From Eledone cirrhosa (Eukaryota): a DNA stretch of 64,000 nt. A program made the position numbers and the translations under genes. The DNA lies in contig OZ024750.1 of NCBI GenBank assembly GCA_964016885.1, forward strand, positions 6,076,001 to 6,140,000, given 5' to 3'. Of this stretch, positions 11,773 to 25,548 are shown in pieces. Below the pieces are notes generated by a model, which did no database searches, had not been told where the DNA came from, and saw nothing but the letters and a program-made list of their open reading frames with translations. Position 1 is the stretch's first letter; each line of letters begins with the position of its first letter.

Positions 11773-12559
11773 CGTGTGCGTGTGCGTGTGCGTGTGCGTG
11801 TGTGTGTGTGTGTGTGAGTGAGAGAGAGAGTGAGAGAGAGAGAGAGAGAGTGAGAGAGAGAGAGAGACACAGAAAACGTAGTAGTAATAGTAGCAGGAGG
11901 CAAATATTAAACTAATATCAAGTACTTATCAATTAAATTCGTTGTTTTATTTACTTTTAAAGAACTCTAGCTTCCACTATTTCTAACTGCAGATGAAAAG
12001 TTGCGGTGGGAGGGATTACAACTTGAACGTGAAAGGAAGAGTTCACGGCGAGAATTAATTATTTTTTAGGGTGTCATATAGTTCGTAATGCATTTTCTTT
12101 ATAAAGTTGGGTGGATTAAAAGTTGCCGTGGTGCCATAAAAAATAAAATAAGTAGGTAGGATACCAAATGTTGGCGCATCCGTCAATTAACTTGTTTTCA
12201 ATGTAAGTAAATTATTAATTAAAGTATGTAATATAAACACATGCAGACATACATGTTGTTATATACCTGCATACACACATACACGTTTATAAATTCACTT
12301 ACGCAACCATTGGCTTATATATATATTATATATATATATATAGACATATATACATATATATACGTATATGTACATACATATATATACATATATATATGTA
12401 TATATATATACATATATATATATACATATATACATACATATATATATACATATATATACATATATATATATACATATATATACACATATATATACATATA
12501 TATACACATATATATACATATATACATATATATACATATATATATAAATATATATTTAC

Positions 12560-12654
<95 letters not shown>

Positions 12655-12690
12655 ACATTAAAATTAAGGGTTGTCATGTCTGAGAGACAT

Positions 12691-12743
<53 letters not shown>

Positions 12744-12998
12744 ATATATGCACTCATACAAATAAAGATATGCATACATTGACACATATGTACACAGACA
12801 CCTACAAACAGACTGACATACACATACAGTGTCACACATATATTGATTTATATACACACACACACACACAGATACAGATAAACTCCCTGACGTTCTAATG
12901 TGGATGTAATAAATAATATTTACTTTAGATTTTTTCTATTTAGATTTTACCTTTCAAATATATAAAAATCCAATTTGAATTAATGAAGACTAGAATAG

Positions 12999-13080
<82 letters not shown>

Positions 13081-13083
<3 letters not shown>

Positions 13084-13297
13084 CGTTTCTGAATTTGTTT
13101 AGCAAGATTCTTTATCTGAAATCGTGTGTTGAAACCGATATTGTTATATTTTGGGAGGGTCATGTTGCCAATAAGAAACACACGCACCAGTTGCTTTCAC
13201 TTCAATTTATTATTATAATAAATTTATAATAAATTGAAGTGAAAGCAGCTGGTGCGTGTGTTTCTTATTGGCAACATGACCCTCTCAAAGTATAACA

Positions 13298-13301
<4 letters not shown>
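13081..13301. mobile_element. Family E fold-back element
   Basis: ~75 bp arms at 13138-13212 and 13228-13301; homologues at 14469-14950 and 33722-33840. Confidence 0.8.
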
Positions 13302-13328
<27 letters not shown>

Positions 13329-13404
13329 CAGGCGAAAGACAAAACAAGAACAACAAACTCAAAGAAGTGGACCCGAGGACGTGTGAAGCAAAACAACCAA
13401 TAAA

Positions 13405-13533
13405 TATTTTTACTTTTGGCACAAGGCCAGCAATTAGCCAGTGCATTACTGGTACTTTATTTTTTTATCGACCCCGTAAGGATGAAAGGCAAAGTTAACC
13501 TCGGCGGGATTTGAACTCAGAATGGCAAGGGCC
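13405..13533 (-). mobile_element. 5'-truncated SINE, main family
   Basis: TSD CAAAACAACCAATAA at 13389 and ~13534. Confidence 0.88.
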
Positions 13534-13811
13534 AAAACAACCAATAATGATAATAATAAAGGTGTATGAAAATACTTGTAAATTTGATGTATTATCCTCT
13601 TTCAACCGACCCTCGTATATAAGTAAAAGATACAATTCCCTTTGTGGGATTGAACTCACAATCTTCAGAACAGCAACTAATTACTTTAATGTATCTAGTC
13701 AGACACTTTTTTTCTTTTTGCAACTAACGGCCCCTTCATGAAGTTAAAAACAGAGGTTCTATTTAGTGGGAAGAAGGAATGGATGACATTTAGGTTTTTC
13801 TCGCTATATGC

Positions 13812-13854
<43 letters not shown>

Positions 13855-13859
13855 TGTAT

Positions 13860-13900
<41 letters not shown>

Positions 13901-14303
13901 TATATATATATATATATATATCTATATATCTTTATAGTGGCTGACATTATGACTAAGGGATGCTGTAGCATCTTCTATCACACGCATTCATACGTTAGAA
14001 GCGCCCTTCTTTTGTGGGGCAGTCAAAACAATTCAAATACTTTCTACTATCGTTGGTTTTAAGATTGGTATTTTTCTGTTTGTTTTCTTACAGTTTTTGT
14101 ATGTAGGCAACAACTCCAGCGTCAATTTGTCACCTCTTACTATTTTTTACGCAGTTTCCCATATGTGTCAGAAAGGAAAACAAAAAAGTTGTGATTAAGT
14201 AAAAGAAAAAGCAAAACGAATGAAAAAGCCATTATGAGTCACAGACAAACAGACAGACAGAGAGACAGACACGCATATACATTTATCTTTGTAAATACAA
14301 GCG

Positions 14304-14373
<70 letters not shown>

Positions 14374-14387
14374 ATAATAATAAAATA

Positions 14388-14437
<50 letters not shown>

Positions 14438-14468
14438 TAGTGTGTTTGTGTGTGTTCTTATATATATA

Positions 14469-14949
14469 TTTCGTTTCTGAATTTGTTTAGCAAGATTCTT
14501 TATCTGAAAACGTGTGTTGAAACCGATATTGTTATACATTGGAAGGGTCATGTTGCCAATAAGAAACACACGCACCAGTTGCTTTCACTTAAATTTATTA
14601 TAATAAATTTATAAATTTAGGAATTTATAAATTTCCGGTTGGTTGGTTGGTTCCACAACCAGATGGTTGTTTATATATTGTCCTTTGTTCTGTCCTACGC
14701 CATCTTGTTTTCAAAAACAAGATGGCGTAGGACAGAACAAAGGAGAGGCACAAAAACAAAGAAAAGAATCCTCAGTCACTGAAGAGGTCACAGAATGTGT
14801 GACGAAAGAACTTTCACAATATATAAACAACCATCTGGTTGTGGAACCAACCAACCAACCGGAAATTTATAAATTTATTATAATAAATTGAAGTGAAAGC
14901 AACTGGTGCGTGTGTTTCTTATTGGCAACATGACCCTCCCAAAGTATAA

Positions 14950-14950
<1 letters not shown>
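14469..14950. mobile_element. Family E element with nested palindromes and HHR motif
   Basis: Outer arms ~14531-14679 and 14818-14950; inner hairpin 14681-14744; CTGAAGA-G-GTCAC...GTGAC-GAAAG-AA-CTT at 14779-14813. Confidence 0.8.
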
Positions 14951-14981
<31 letters not shown>

Positions 14982-14983
<2 letters not shown>

Positions 14984-15175
14984 GGAAAAAGTATGACCCC
15001 GACGGCAGAGCTCAAGCCGTCTCGACGGCTATTTCAGTCCAGAAATAGCCGTTGAAAAGGCTTGAGCTCTGCCGTCGGGGTCATACTTTTTCCTATTTCC
15101 CACTCTACTACCCTAAGTATTGAGTACTCTGGTGCGTTATGGTCCATCTGGTTCCTTACCACAATTCCTTTGTTT
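14982..15175 (+). mobile_element. Family C fold-back element
   Basis: Arms 14982-15034 and 15042-15094, then a unique 3' end; homologues at 34161, 36686 and 51857. Confidence 0.8.
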
Positions 15176-15359
15176 TATATATATATATATATACATTTAT
15201 CTTTGTAAATACAAGCGTCATATATATATATATATATATATATATATCATATATATATAATGTGTGTGTGTGTGTGTGTGTGTGTGGGTGTGTGTGTGCT
15301 TATATATATATATATATATACATGCATGTGTGTATCTGTATGTTTGTGAGAGGGAGAGA

Positions 15360-15468
<109 letters not shown>

Positions 15469-15760
15469 AAAGGAGTGTGTGAATGTTTTTTTCTTTTTAC
15501 TTCAAAGTAACCAGGTCCTACTTGGCTGAGTTTTGAAGATTTATTTCTGTCATGTTTTTGTTTTGTGTGTCGTTCTTTTTGTTATGTTATTTCGTTTGAG
15601 AGAAACCAAGTGTTGTAAGTCTGTGAAAAATACAACAGAGCATCGGCATTCTTACTGGGATATCCAGCAACATGGCATTCCCTACCACATCTCCTTAAAA
15701 TCGTATGTTTGTTTTTACCTCTATATGTGAGTAAATAAACGCACGTGTGTTTGTGTTCGG

Positions 15761-15798
<38 letters not shown>

Positions 15799-15855
15799 AA
15801 GTGTGTATCTATGTGTGTGTGTGTGTGTGTTTGTGTTTGTGTTTGTGCTTGTGTT

Positions 15856-15895
<40 letters not shown>

Positions 15896-16379
15896 TGTGT
15901 GTTTATGTCTGTGTGTGTATGTGTATACGTGTGTGTATTTGTACATGCGTATGTGTTTCTAATTTTAGAGTTTTTGGTAATTCAAGCCTCACAGTTATTT
16001 TATTCTTTCATTAGATCTACACAGTAATTCAATACAGCATTGTGAAGTAACATTTAGTGCAAAGAATAACATAGACTTCACAATGACATGGCCCACATAT
16101 GTTCTACTTGTGATACTTAGAGTTGCAGAAATATTCCCAAGGAAAACGATGTTAATATTCATTTGAATTAAAAGGTGGCCATAGTTCATCAAAACACAAT
16201 GAAAATGAAATTATTTAATTTAATAAGTTAAATGGATTCATAGGGTCGAGTTTGTTATCTTGATCTAAAGGAAGTAATTTTGTGTTTAGTATTAGACTTA
16301 GGTTTATGATAGCCTAGACAAGAGAACTGGGACAACTGGATAACATTGTTCATTTTAATGTAAAGATACTGGGTAAAGA

Positions 16380-17260
16380 CACCCAGTAAAGACACTGGGT
16401 GTGTTCATAATCTAGATAGATGTGATTCTAGAGAAACAAAATAAATCAAGGTTTCTTTACGAAGGCTGGATTTTTCCAGGGGTTACATTGGAGAGATAAG
16501 GAAAACCTGATGATGTGGGTCAATTTATGCGTTGAGTTCCAAGAGTTCCAATTGAAAAAGTCAACGTTGTGTAGAAATAAAACAATAAAAAATTGTGCAA
16601 AAATTTGGAAGGAGTTGCTGCTTCCTTGAGATTATTAACGTTTTCACACGAGGCTTTTGTATAGAATAAATAACTTTTCAGACTTGATTATTTTTAAATA
16701 CTCTGAAAAAGTCAATAAGTCTCAATAAAGTCATAATCATAGCATAATATATTTCAGCCTTAAGAAATAGTTATGGCAGAAGCCAAATACAATTCGTTAC
16801 TTCTCGTAATGTTATCTTGCTTACCATAAACTCAGCTAGTCACGATTTCAAACAAAAATCCCTGTCTTCTAAATATGATTAATTTCGCTGTAGATGATTA
16901 CACGTCTATTTAGTTTGTTCGTGAGTATTCCACAGAATATGTGGGAGGGAGTTTCCTTGGCAGACATGAAATAAAGTGTTCCAAAGAAATTCATTAGTAT
17001 ACTGTTAACTGGATAGGTTCAACAAATTGTATGTCAGGAACATATTTGTGGAAAAACAGCTGAATATGTCATTGCATTGAAAATGTAATGTTATAGTTAA
17101 GATGTTTGTTTTGAATTAGCAAAGGAAATGTTCAAAAGTAGAATCACCCCAAGAAATACAAAGAACGAGATAATACAAGGATTTTGGCAAAATTTCATTA
17201 CGGGAAAAATGATACCGAGAAAGATTTGAGGAAAATGATAGAATATGTCATTTCACAAAT
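16380..17260 (+). pseudogene. Highly decayed Mutator (MULE)-like transposase
   Basis: Broken frames give, in the expected order, LDYF (16683), W..FNKL-like, YLWK, PKKYKERD (~17148) and MIEYV, resembling a MULE C-terminus; many stops and frameshifts. Confidence 0.4.
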
Positions 17261-17883
17261 ATGATTTCTTTGATGTGAATGAGGAGATTATGATTGTGCC
17301 ATGTCTTTAGACGACAAATTTATGTTGTACATAGAATTAATTGACGTCAATTGTAAATAGGAAATATATCCCAGGCCTGTTCGGTATATCAGAAACTTAT
17401 ACTTTTCTCAATATAGCTCACGATAGGTGAAGTGTGAGTTAATAAACAAGAGAATGTATCTAAGTATTTTAATTGAGGTTTTCAAGATTTGGAAGTTCAT
17501 GATCCAAAAGTATTTAAAACATTAAAATGAGCTCTTAAAATTTGAAATCACAAAAAAAGAATCACAATTCGGCTGTATACAACAGAAAAATAGTATTTAT
17601 AATAACAGAAACATATACATACAATTTGTGAAGTTTCGTTGTCAACCTTCCAGTCTCCCATCTAAGAATTAGAAAGCTTTTCTGCATGTATTTTCCAACA
17701 TTCTCACCTCCACTCTCATCACAGTTTTTTCCACTGTCTCTCCTCTCTCACTCATTCTCTCTCTCTTTCTCTCACCCTCTCTCTCATAGAAAAGAACAAG
17801 CGGTGAGGGAAAAAACGGGACCTATATAAAAACGAACTTTTACAAATACACACAAAAATGAACACGAGAAAACAATATAATAT

Positions 17884-18182
17884 AATTGTTTCTGCTTTTG
17901 GTACAAGGCCAGCAATTATCCCACTGCATTACTGGTACTTTATTTTATCGACCCCGTAAGGATGAAAGGTAAAGCTAACCTCAAAACAATATATGATTTA
18001 ATTGATTCTACTTTTTGGCACACGGCCAGCAATTATCCAGTGTATTACTGGTACTTTATTTTATCGACCCCGTAAGGATGAAAGGCAACGTTAACCTCGG
18101 CGGGATTTGAACTCAGAATGGCAAGGGCCGTAACTCTATGCGTCAAAGCATGGTGTCCGACCCTCTACCGATACTGCCAATC
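17884..18182 (-). mobile_element. Two tandem SINE copies (truncated 17884-17982; near full 18001-18182)
   Basis: Both match the main family; AAAACAATATA repeated at 17869 and 17983. Confidence 0.88.
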
Positions 18183-18324
18183 ATGATATAATGATCATAT
18201 ATTAGTTTAACGCTTGTTATTGTTCAGTCATAGACAAACTACGATCCATCTTATGATGAGTCACACTCTGTGCGACCCACTGCTCGGAAAAGGTTGTCCA
18301 TGCCTGTTATAGTTGGAAAAGTGG

Positions 18325-18358
18325 CTTACCGTTTCGGACGTTAGTCCTTCGTTAGAAG
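18325..18358 (-). ncRNA. Degenerate family-A-like hammerhead motif
   Basis: Minus strand CTT-CTAACGA-A-GGACtaacGTCC-GAAACGGTA-AG. Confidence 0.45.
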
Positions 18359-19482
18359 ATAGAGAAAGAGAACAGGGACGATGCTTGGGAGAAGAAAATG
18401 GAGATAGGATAGAGAGATGAGAAAGCACGTGATGTCAGTCAGTCAGTAATTACAGTAAAATTACTGCATATATTTTTTTCAACTTTACAAAATGTAACAT
18501 CTTCTCATTGTGGTTCTTTCATCCTTCATTGAGTAGACTTAAGATCAAAAGTCTTCCACCTATCACCTTTCCGGCGCCTTCTTGGAGGTAGCAGGCTTTC
18601 TAATTATAGCTGTTTCATTTCAGCATATAAAGGCTCTTGTGTTTTCTCCTTGTATGACCTCTGGTTTCATAATGTAAAGTGTTATATATATAGTCACTGC
18701 ATAGGCAGTTCAAAACTATGTTTATTGTTATTCCACACAAAGTTTATATACTATTCATATATGGCATAACAACATTCATTTATTTTACGTTCGTACCCGA
18801 TATGATCTTTTTTACTGTTTTGCTATTTTTTTCTTTCATTGGTTATAGTTATTTCCCTGTACATTATCAACCTTTTAAATAATATGATTCAAATTAATTT
18901 AATTTATTTTGTTTTCTAATTACTTTCGTTTGCTGTCAGAATAATTCGCCTCTCTGAATTCCCTATTATGGAGATCGTTAATGATGAAAATTACTTTGCT
19001 CCCTAACGCAGCTATTTTGCATTAACTGCATAGCAATTATAATATTGTTCCACTCAATATAGAGGGAAAGTGAATTCACTGAAACTAGAAGAGACTACTT
19101 GATTACGGCTTATTTGCTGTCACAACCAACGAGTAGAAACGTTAGAATATCACAAATAATATAATCCGAAAGTAAATAAGAAGCGCGGAATCATTTCTCT
19201 ACAGGCTAATAAATCAAAGTCGTTTTCAGATGCCTATCACAACATATTAATGTTTAAAGAATGACCTGTATGTAATCCACTTAACCTCATCAGATTCAGT
19301 CGTGTCTTAATCTTCTTTCTGTTCTCATTTCTTTTATTTGTTTATTTTTGTGTGTGCTCCCTTTGATTTGTGTATTCCTTGCGATAATACAACTGGGGAG
19401 TACTGTGTATCAATCCTTGAAACAAGGAATGGAAATTGAATCGTTTTCTTTACATTCTCATTGCTTGAATTCACAGAAATTG

Positions 19483-20049
19483 TCACACGGATTGGTGCCG
19501 ATTATGGCGGAGAATGAGTAATATTTGTTTAGATCTTTGTCCTAGAGAAGCTTCAGAACCCATATCTAGATACATGGTAATCAACAGTTTATGTCTTCTG
19601 AAGAAAGTTTTTAAGAACTTACACCAAACCAGGTTTGTGTAGAATACAGTGTACATGATACGATGAGATTTCTCATGATTTAATTGTATTAATCTTGTAG
19701 CTATGCTGCTTACCACAAACAAATTGTCTTCAACCAATTCTAAATCGTTCAGAAATCGTTTTGCTTCATCTTTATGCAAGAGAAAATCATCTGGGAATGT
19801 TCGAGCAAGGATTATAAAGTGTTCACTGATTATATCAAGAAGTATAGGAAATTGATCCTTATATACGTTATACAATGTTGTTGTCTGATGCAATGTAGTG
19901 TATTTTGAACTTGAGGTGGTGGCATTGCGGAATTTTCGTGACATCCTATTTTTAGGGCTATGTGTTGCATTTCCATTTAAAGGAATTACGTTGTTCATTG
20001 AATATTTTTTGATGGGAACTGATATTAAGCTGGTTCGTCTGAGACTTTG
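19483..20049 (-). CDS. Unidentified protein-coding exon or recent pseudo-exon (171 aa from ATG at 19998; open to 20049)
   Basis: Only long non-repetitive ORF; normal amino-acid composition, helical-looking; candidate acceptors at ~20019 and ~20154; AATAAA on minus strand at ~19333-19346. No family recognised. Confidence 0.5.
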   Translation of the reverse strand, partial: QSLRRTSLISVPIKKYSMNNVIPLNGNATHSPKNRMSRKFRNATTSSSKYTTLHQTTTLYNVYKDQFPILLDIISEHFIILARTFPDDFLLHKDEAKRFLNDLELVEDNLFVVSSIATRLIQLNHEKSHRIMYTVFYTNLVWCKFLKTFFRRHKLLITMYLDMGSEASLGQRSKQILLILRHNRHQSV

Positions 20050-20337
20050 TCAGACTTATTTACAGCCACATTATATCAGCTTCAAATGCTATTATTCATC
20101 TAAAGCAGCTATTATGGAATTCCAGTGACATCATAAACAATAATTTCATCGTCTATGAAGGTGACGTATTAGTTATTTGCTGTGTTTGGTTTGAAATATT
20201 TAAATACATGTCACTATACAAACGACTGTTGAACTTTTGTTTACGTATCAAAAGCAATATTAAAATAAGAAATTTAACCAGGATTGAATGCAAGTTCAGG
20301 CAAAATAAACATATTTGTCACAATATTTATTTAGGTA

Positions 20338-20628
20338 TATCGACCTCAGTGTATTACTGGTACTTTATTTCATAGATCCCATAAGAATGAAAGGCAAAGC
20401 TAACCTCGGCGGAATTTGTGTCCAAAACGCAAAGGGACGCCACTCTATGCCGAAAAGCATGCTGTCCGAAGCTCTATTGATTCTGCTAATAATGGTTTCT
20501 TATATAGGCACAAGACCAGCATATTTTGGGGGAGGGAGAAGTCGATTAAATCGACTCCAGTGCGTGACTGGTACTTTATTTTATTGACCCCGTAAGGATG
20601 AAAGGCAAAGTTAACCTCAGCGGGATTA
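20338..20628 (-). mobile_element. Two SINE copies (old diverged 20338-20490; truncated long variant 20491-20628)
   Basis: Core GAAAGGCAAAG(C/T)TAACCTC occurs twice. Confidence 0.8.
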
Positions 20629-20799
20629 ATGCTTTATAAATATAGAATCATTGTAGGCTATTCCTTGTGGTATATATCCCTATGTATGTATGTGCTTATA
20701 AGTGGAGTTGCATGCTCATATACATGTGCAAAAATATATAATATATAAAATACATAAAACTGATTATAAAGTTTGATTTTCTTACGTACCTCATCATGG

Positions 20800-20940
20800 C
20801 GTATATCCTTTCCACATTGTTGCTGTGTAAACTCGTTTTACCATTTGGATACAATTTTTCAAGCTTAAATCGCTTCTGCTTGAATCTTTTGACCACATCC
20901 ATATTATATGGTGGCTTATACTATATAATACATACTCGTA
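20800..20940 (-). pseudogene. Possible decayed PLE GIY-YIG endonuclease fragment
   Basis: VLYSI followed, after a frameshift, by GCGQK, resembling the PLE endonuclease motif vYxIxCxxCgxxYIG. Confidence 0.3.
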
Positions 20941-21680
20941 TTTAGTGTATTCTACCTTATCTAGAAATCCACACCAAGAACTAAAGCTTTCCATACATTA
21001 ATTAGGATGCATTTTCCCCTAGCGCATATTCAATGCAAACACCGTTAAATATCATACTCTACAACTCCCAGCCTAGCACATAACATTATTGCATCTAATT
21101 TAGCCAAATTATCTAACCATAGAAATATAGACAATCCTGAATTTAGTTTTAAATGTAATTGCAATAAGAGGGAGAGCTGCCCTTTAGCGGGGAAATTCCT
21201 ATCAAGTAATATAGTTTATAAATGTAATGTCGATACACGCTCAACTAGTAAGGCTTGTATAGGGTTAACAGTCATTATTATCATTATTATTAGTATTATT
21301 ATTATTAGTAGTAGTAGTGTAGTAGTAGCAGTAGTATTAATGTTACCTGTATCTTTAGATTTAAATACATTACTTCGATTAATAAATTTTCCATACACGG
21401 TTCTATGAAAATATTGGGCTACTTTTAAAAGCAAACAAGACTCCAGATTTCTTCAGAGTTTTTCGTAGTAGACTTCTTATAGCTCAGGTCTTCCCGCCTC
21501 GCTAAATGACGTAATCATCTCCTATTCCTTTTACACACAAACAGCAGTAATTCAAACGTTTTCATGTGATGTCGTTATCTCATCCTATTTGTAAAGGTAA
21601 TGTTTGCTCGTAATCTTTTTGAAATATTTATATCTGCGTCCATGGATTGGCATATCTCACTTTCAGAAAATCATGCAATT

Positions 21681-21804
<124 letters not shown>

Positions 21805-21811
21805 GTATATA

Positions 21812-21850
<39 letters not shown>

Positions 21851-21855
<5 letters not shown>

Positions 21856-21976
21856 TTAATAATAAATGTGAAGACTAAAATCCAAAGAGGGCTCGATATG
21901 GATAAATATATATCAAATATATAAGATCCCGTTCAGGGTGAAAGTACCGATTCTTTGCTTAAACTTTAATCTGTTA

Positions 21977-21982
<6 letters not shown>
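21851..21982. mobile_element. Family D element, internally deleted, reverse orientation
   Basis: End Y reverse complement, then GATCCCGTTCAGGGTGAAAG...AATCTGTTATTTTA; (TA)n on both sides. Confidence 0.7.
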
Positions 21983-22007
<25 letters not shown>

Positions 22008-22751
22008 TCATAATTTATTTCTGTTTAAACGCGGAGCAAAAGCTTTACTAAATGTTTCAAAGTCCAGTTTTGGCTATCTCACCAGATTGTAACAACGATC
22101 AAATTTGTGACCTAGTCATCAGACCCTTGGACAATTTAAAGATATCATTAAAAATATAGTGTTAAACAATTCTTTATAAAAACATAGTATTACAAAGGGA
22201 AATATCTTAAAGATATTAATTTGAAATGGTGATATAGGTGTTCGTGTGTTAGTTTGGGAGCAATATGGCAGATGTATGATATTATATTGTGGTATATATT
22301 GTAGAGATGTTTATATTTATCAAGCTATGGAGTCGTGTAGTATAGAAAGTGTGCCTTATTATCTAAGTGTCGACAAAAGGTTATTAAAGTAATATAGAAA
22401 TCAATACGAAGCATTAACCATTCTTAAATAATTGCTTTTCTCACTGACCTGTTCCGCTATGGACAGCTTTGCAAAAGTTCTTCTTAAAGATTCATTTATG
22501 CAGGTGTTGTGTATTTTTTTAACACGTATCGTTATCTACTGCTTACACACACACACACACACACATGTATATATATATATGTGTGTGGGGGGGGGGGGGG
22601 GGTATGTGTGTGTATGTGTGTGTGAGTATGTGTGCTAGAGTGTGTTTGAATGTTTATGCATCTATCCCCTAATATTACAAACATGCAAATTGAAAAGTTG
22701 AGATGAAAATAGGTGGTAATACCTCTAAAACTTTCAATTATTGTTGTGACA

Positions 22752-22852
<101 letters not shown>

Positions 22853-23151
22853 TGTATGTGTAGTAGGAACACAAACAAAGGACTGTTCGAACAATCAGAA
22901 AATTACATCAAAATTACATCTATGAAAATATCATGATATACATTTTGATAGCATAATCGCAATGAACAACTGTATGATCCGAAAACACTAAGAGACATCT
23001 ACTTCAGCTGAAACCTAGTGTTATAACAGTTTGCGTATTAATATTAACCTGACTACGTAGAACCAAATAAGATAAATATATTATAATATAATATAGTAAA
23101 ACCTAGCAACCATTATGGCGTTTCGAAATATGTACAGAATGAAATAGCTGG

Positions 23152-23239
<88 letters not shown>

Positions 23240-23429
23240 AGCCACCTATTATATATACATATACAAGCATATATATATACATGCATATATATATATATAT
23301 ATATATATATAATGAATAGATAATGATGGTTCTAAGACACCAAAGACCAAGGAGAAACGCTGTTAGGATCTGGGAGAAATTATAGCTAGTATTATCACGA
23401 CAGCTGACATTAAATATCGATAAATTTTA

Positions 23430-23640
23430 GTTCCCAACAAGGTACGCTATTGTAACAAGAACCTGTACAAAATTATTTATATGAAGGGTCACTTACCCTA
23501 AATTTTATCTTAAAGGGGAGTTTAAAATCGTAATATTTTCAATAGATTCGATACTCTAAAATATACTTCTTGTAAATAATCCATACGAATATGTCTCATG
23601 AATATCCTAAATGTATATAGATATTTATAACAACTGATAT
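23430..23640 (+). pseudogene. Possible decayed PLE reverse transcriptase fragment
   Basis: GGTACGCTATTGTAACAAG...AAAATTATTTATATG resembles a frameshifted GTAMGTK..ANLFM motif. Confidence 0.25.
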
Positions 23641-23748
23641 TGATAAAAATCAATCGTTACGTAATTAGGTTACGTAACAAGTGATGAGTCATTAACTTGT
23701 TTCAAACCTATTTCAATTCATCAAATAAGATAAGATATTGGTTTCTGA

Positions 23749-23940
23749 TTTAGGCACAAGGGTATTTTTAAAAAAAATTTTTTTTTTTAGGGGGACAATT
23801 ACTGGTACTTTATTTTATCGACTCTGAAAGGATGAAAGACAAAGCTAACCTCGGTGGGATTTGAACTCAGAACGTAAAGGGCTGTAACTCTGTGCCGCAA
23901 AGAGCATGATGTCCGACTCTCTACCGACACTGCCAACCCT
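23749..23940 (-). mobile_element. tRNA-derived SINE, diverged
   Basis: Core and head match; AAGATATTG on both sides. Confidence 0.85.
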
Positions 23941-24340
23941 ATGAAGATATTGTAAAACAAATGCAAATCTGAAATATATTAATTTAACAAAATTGTTTCT
24001 TAGAATATAAATTTACTAACACGATCAATGTTGTATTTAAAAGCATTGTCAGAAGAAAGAAAATCCGGACCTCTACTTCTTGCACAAAATTCCAAACTGG
24101 TGAAAAGAATCTAAGAGGATGACCTACCCACGTGCTTGGAAACAGAGATATTGGGTGGGTAGATGCAGAGAGTGTTGAGTGGGTAGATACAGAGATAGGG
24201 CCGTGGGTAGATAGGTAGGTAGGTAGGTAGGTAGGTAGGTAGGTAGGTAGGTAGGTAGGTAGGTAGGTAGGTAGGTAGGTAGGAGAGTAGATAAGTAGGT
24301 AGGTTGGTAGGTAGGTAGGTAGGGGAGTAGATAGATAAAT

Positions 24341-24695
24341 GTCTTTATTAGCCACAAGGGCACAAAAGAAGGGGACAAATACAAATGGGGAGTTTACATA
24401 CAGGTATATGAAAATAAAACTATTAATACAATAACAAATAACAATTGAAATCCCCAATAGGGAGGAGGCCTTACACAGGGGTTGTACACACCCCGAAAAA
24501 ATGTACAACCCTCATCTCCAGGAGCGCCAAGAGTGAGTACTCCCTTCCTCTCTTCCACTTTTTCCTCAACCTACAGGCTTATATAGAGAGAAGACCCAAC
24601 CACTCGGGCCATCTTTGCCACATTCACCCACCGTTTATAAAATTTGCTGGGGTATAGCACCTCTCTCTCCATCCTGATTCTTCTTCCAAAATGAA
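24341..24695 (-). mobile_element. 3' end of L1/Tx1-like LINE (ORF2 C-terminus plus 3' UTR) within (AGGT)n/(AGAT)n
   Basis: Minus strand HFGRRIRMEREVLYPSKFYKRWVNVAKMARVVGSSLYISL* (stop 24571-24573), then UTR ending GTGGCTAATAAAGA. Confidence 0.6.
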
Positions 24696-25227
24696 GGGGA
24701 GAAGATCGATAGATAGGTAGGTAAGTTTGCAGGTAGGCAGTAGCTAGATAGATAATTAAATGTTTTTATTGTACGAATTCCCATATGTACGCATGTTTAA
24801 ATACATAAATATGTTCAGTGTGACAAATCTTTAGTGTGTGCACTGATTATTCTTTGGTCCCCTTTGTCAACTTCTCTGACTCTTTCTCTCTCTTCTCTCT
24901 TTTTCTTTCCCTTTTTGTAACCGCTCTCTCCTAAACATGGCACCCATAATGTTTTCAAGTTGCTGAAAAAAACTCCACTTTATGTCCATATATCTGATAT
25001 ATAGATATATATACATATATCACATATATAGATATATACATATATCCGATATATAGATATATACATCTAATGTAATCTAATATACATTAAGGTATGCATA
25101 TTGTATTGTGTCCAACCTTCTGCCTATGGTTTTTCCTTTTTCAGTTGCCTTTTTCGTAGATATTGTATAACTAAATTACACACACACGCATACAAACACA
25201 TTACACACACATTACACACACACACGC

Positions 25228-25264
<37 letters not shown>

Positions 25265-25335
25265 AACATACGTACATATATATACATAATGTATATATAA
25301 TTACATATATATACACATACATATATACACACACA

Positions 25336-25371
<36 letters not shown>

Positions 25372-25446
25372 CATATACATACGTACATATATATACATAA
25401 TATATATATAATTACATATATATACACATACATATACACACACACA

Positions 25447-25548
<102 letters not shown>

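Noticed and set aside
18230-18306. AGGTTGTCCATGCCTG resembling a hAT MITE terminus
   Set aside because: No convincing matching left TIR or 8 bp TSD found.
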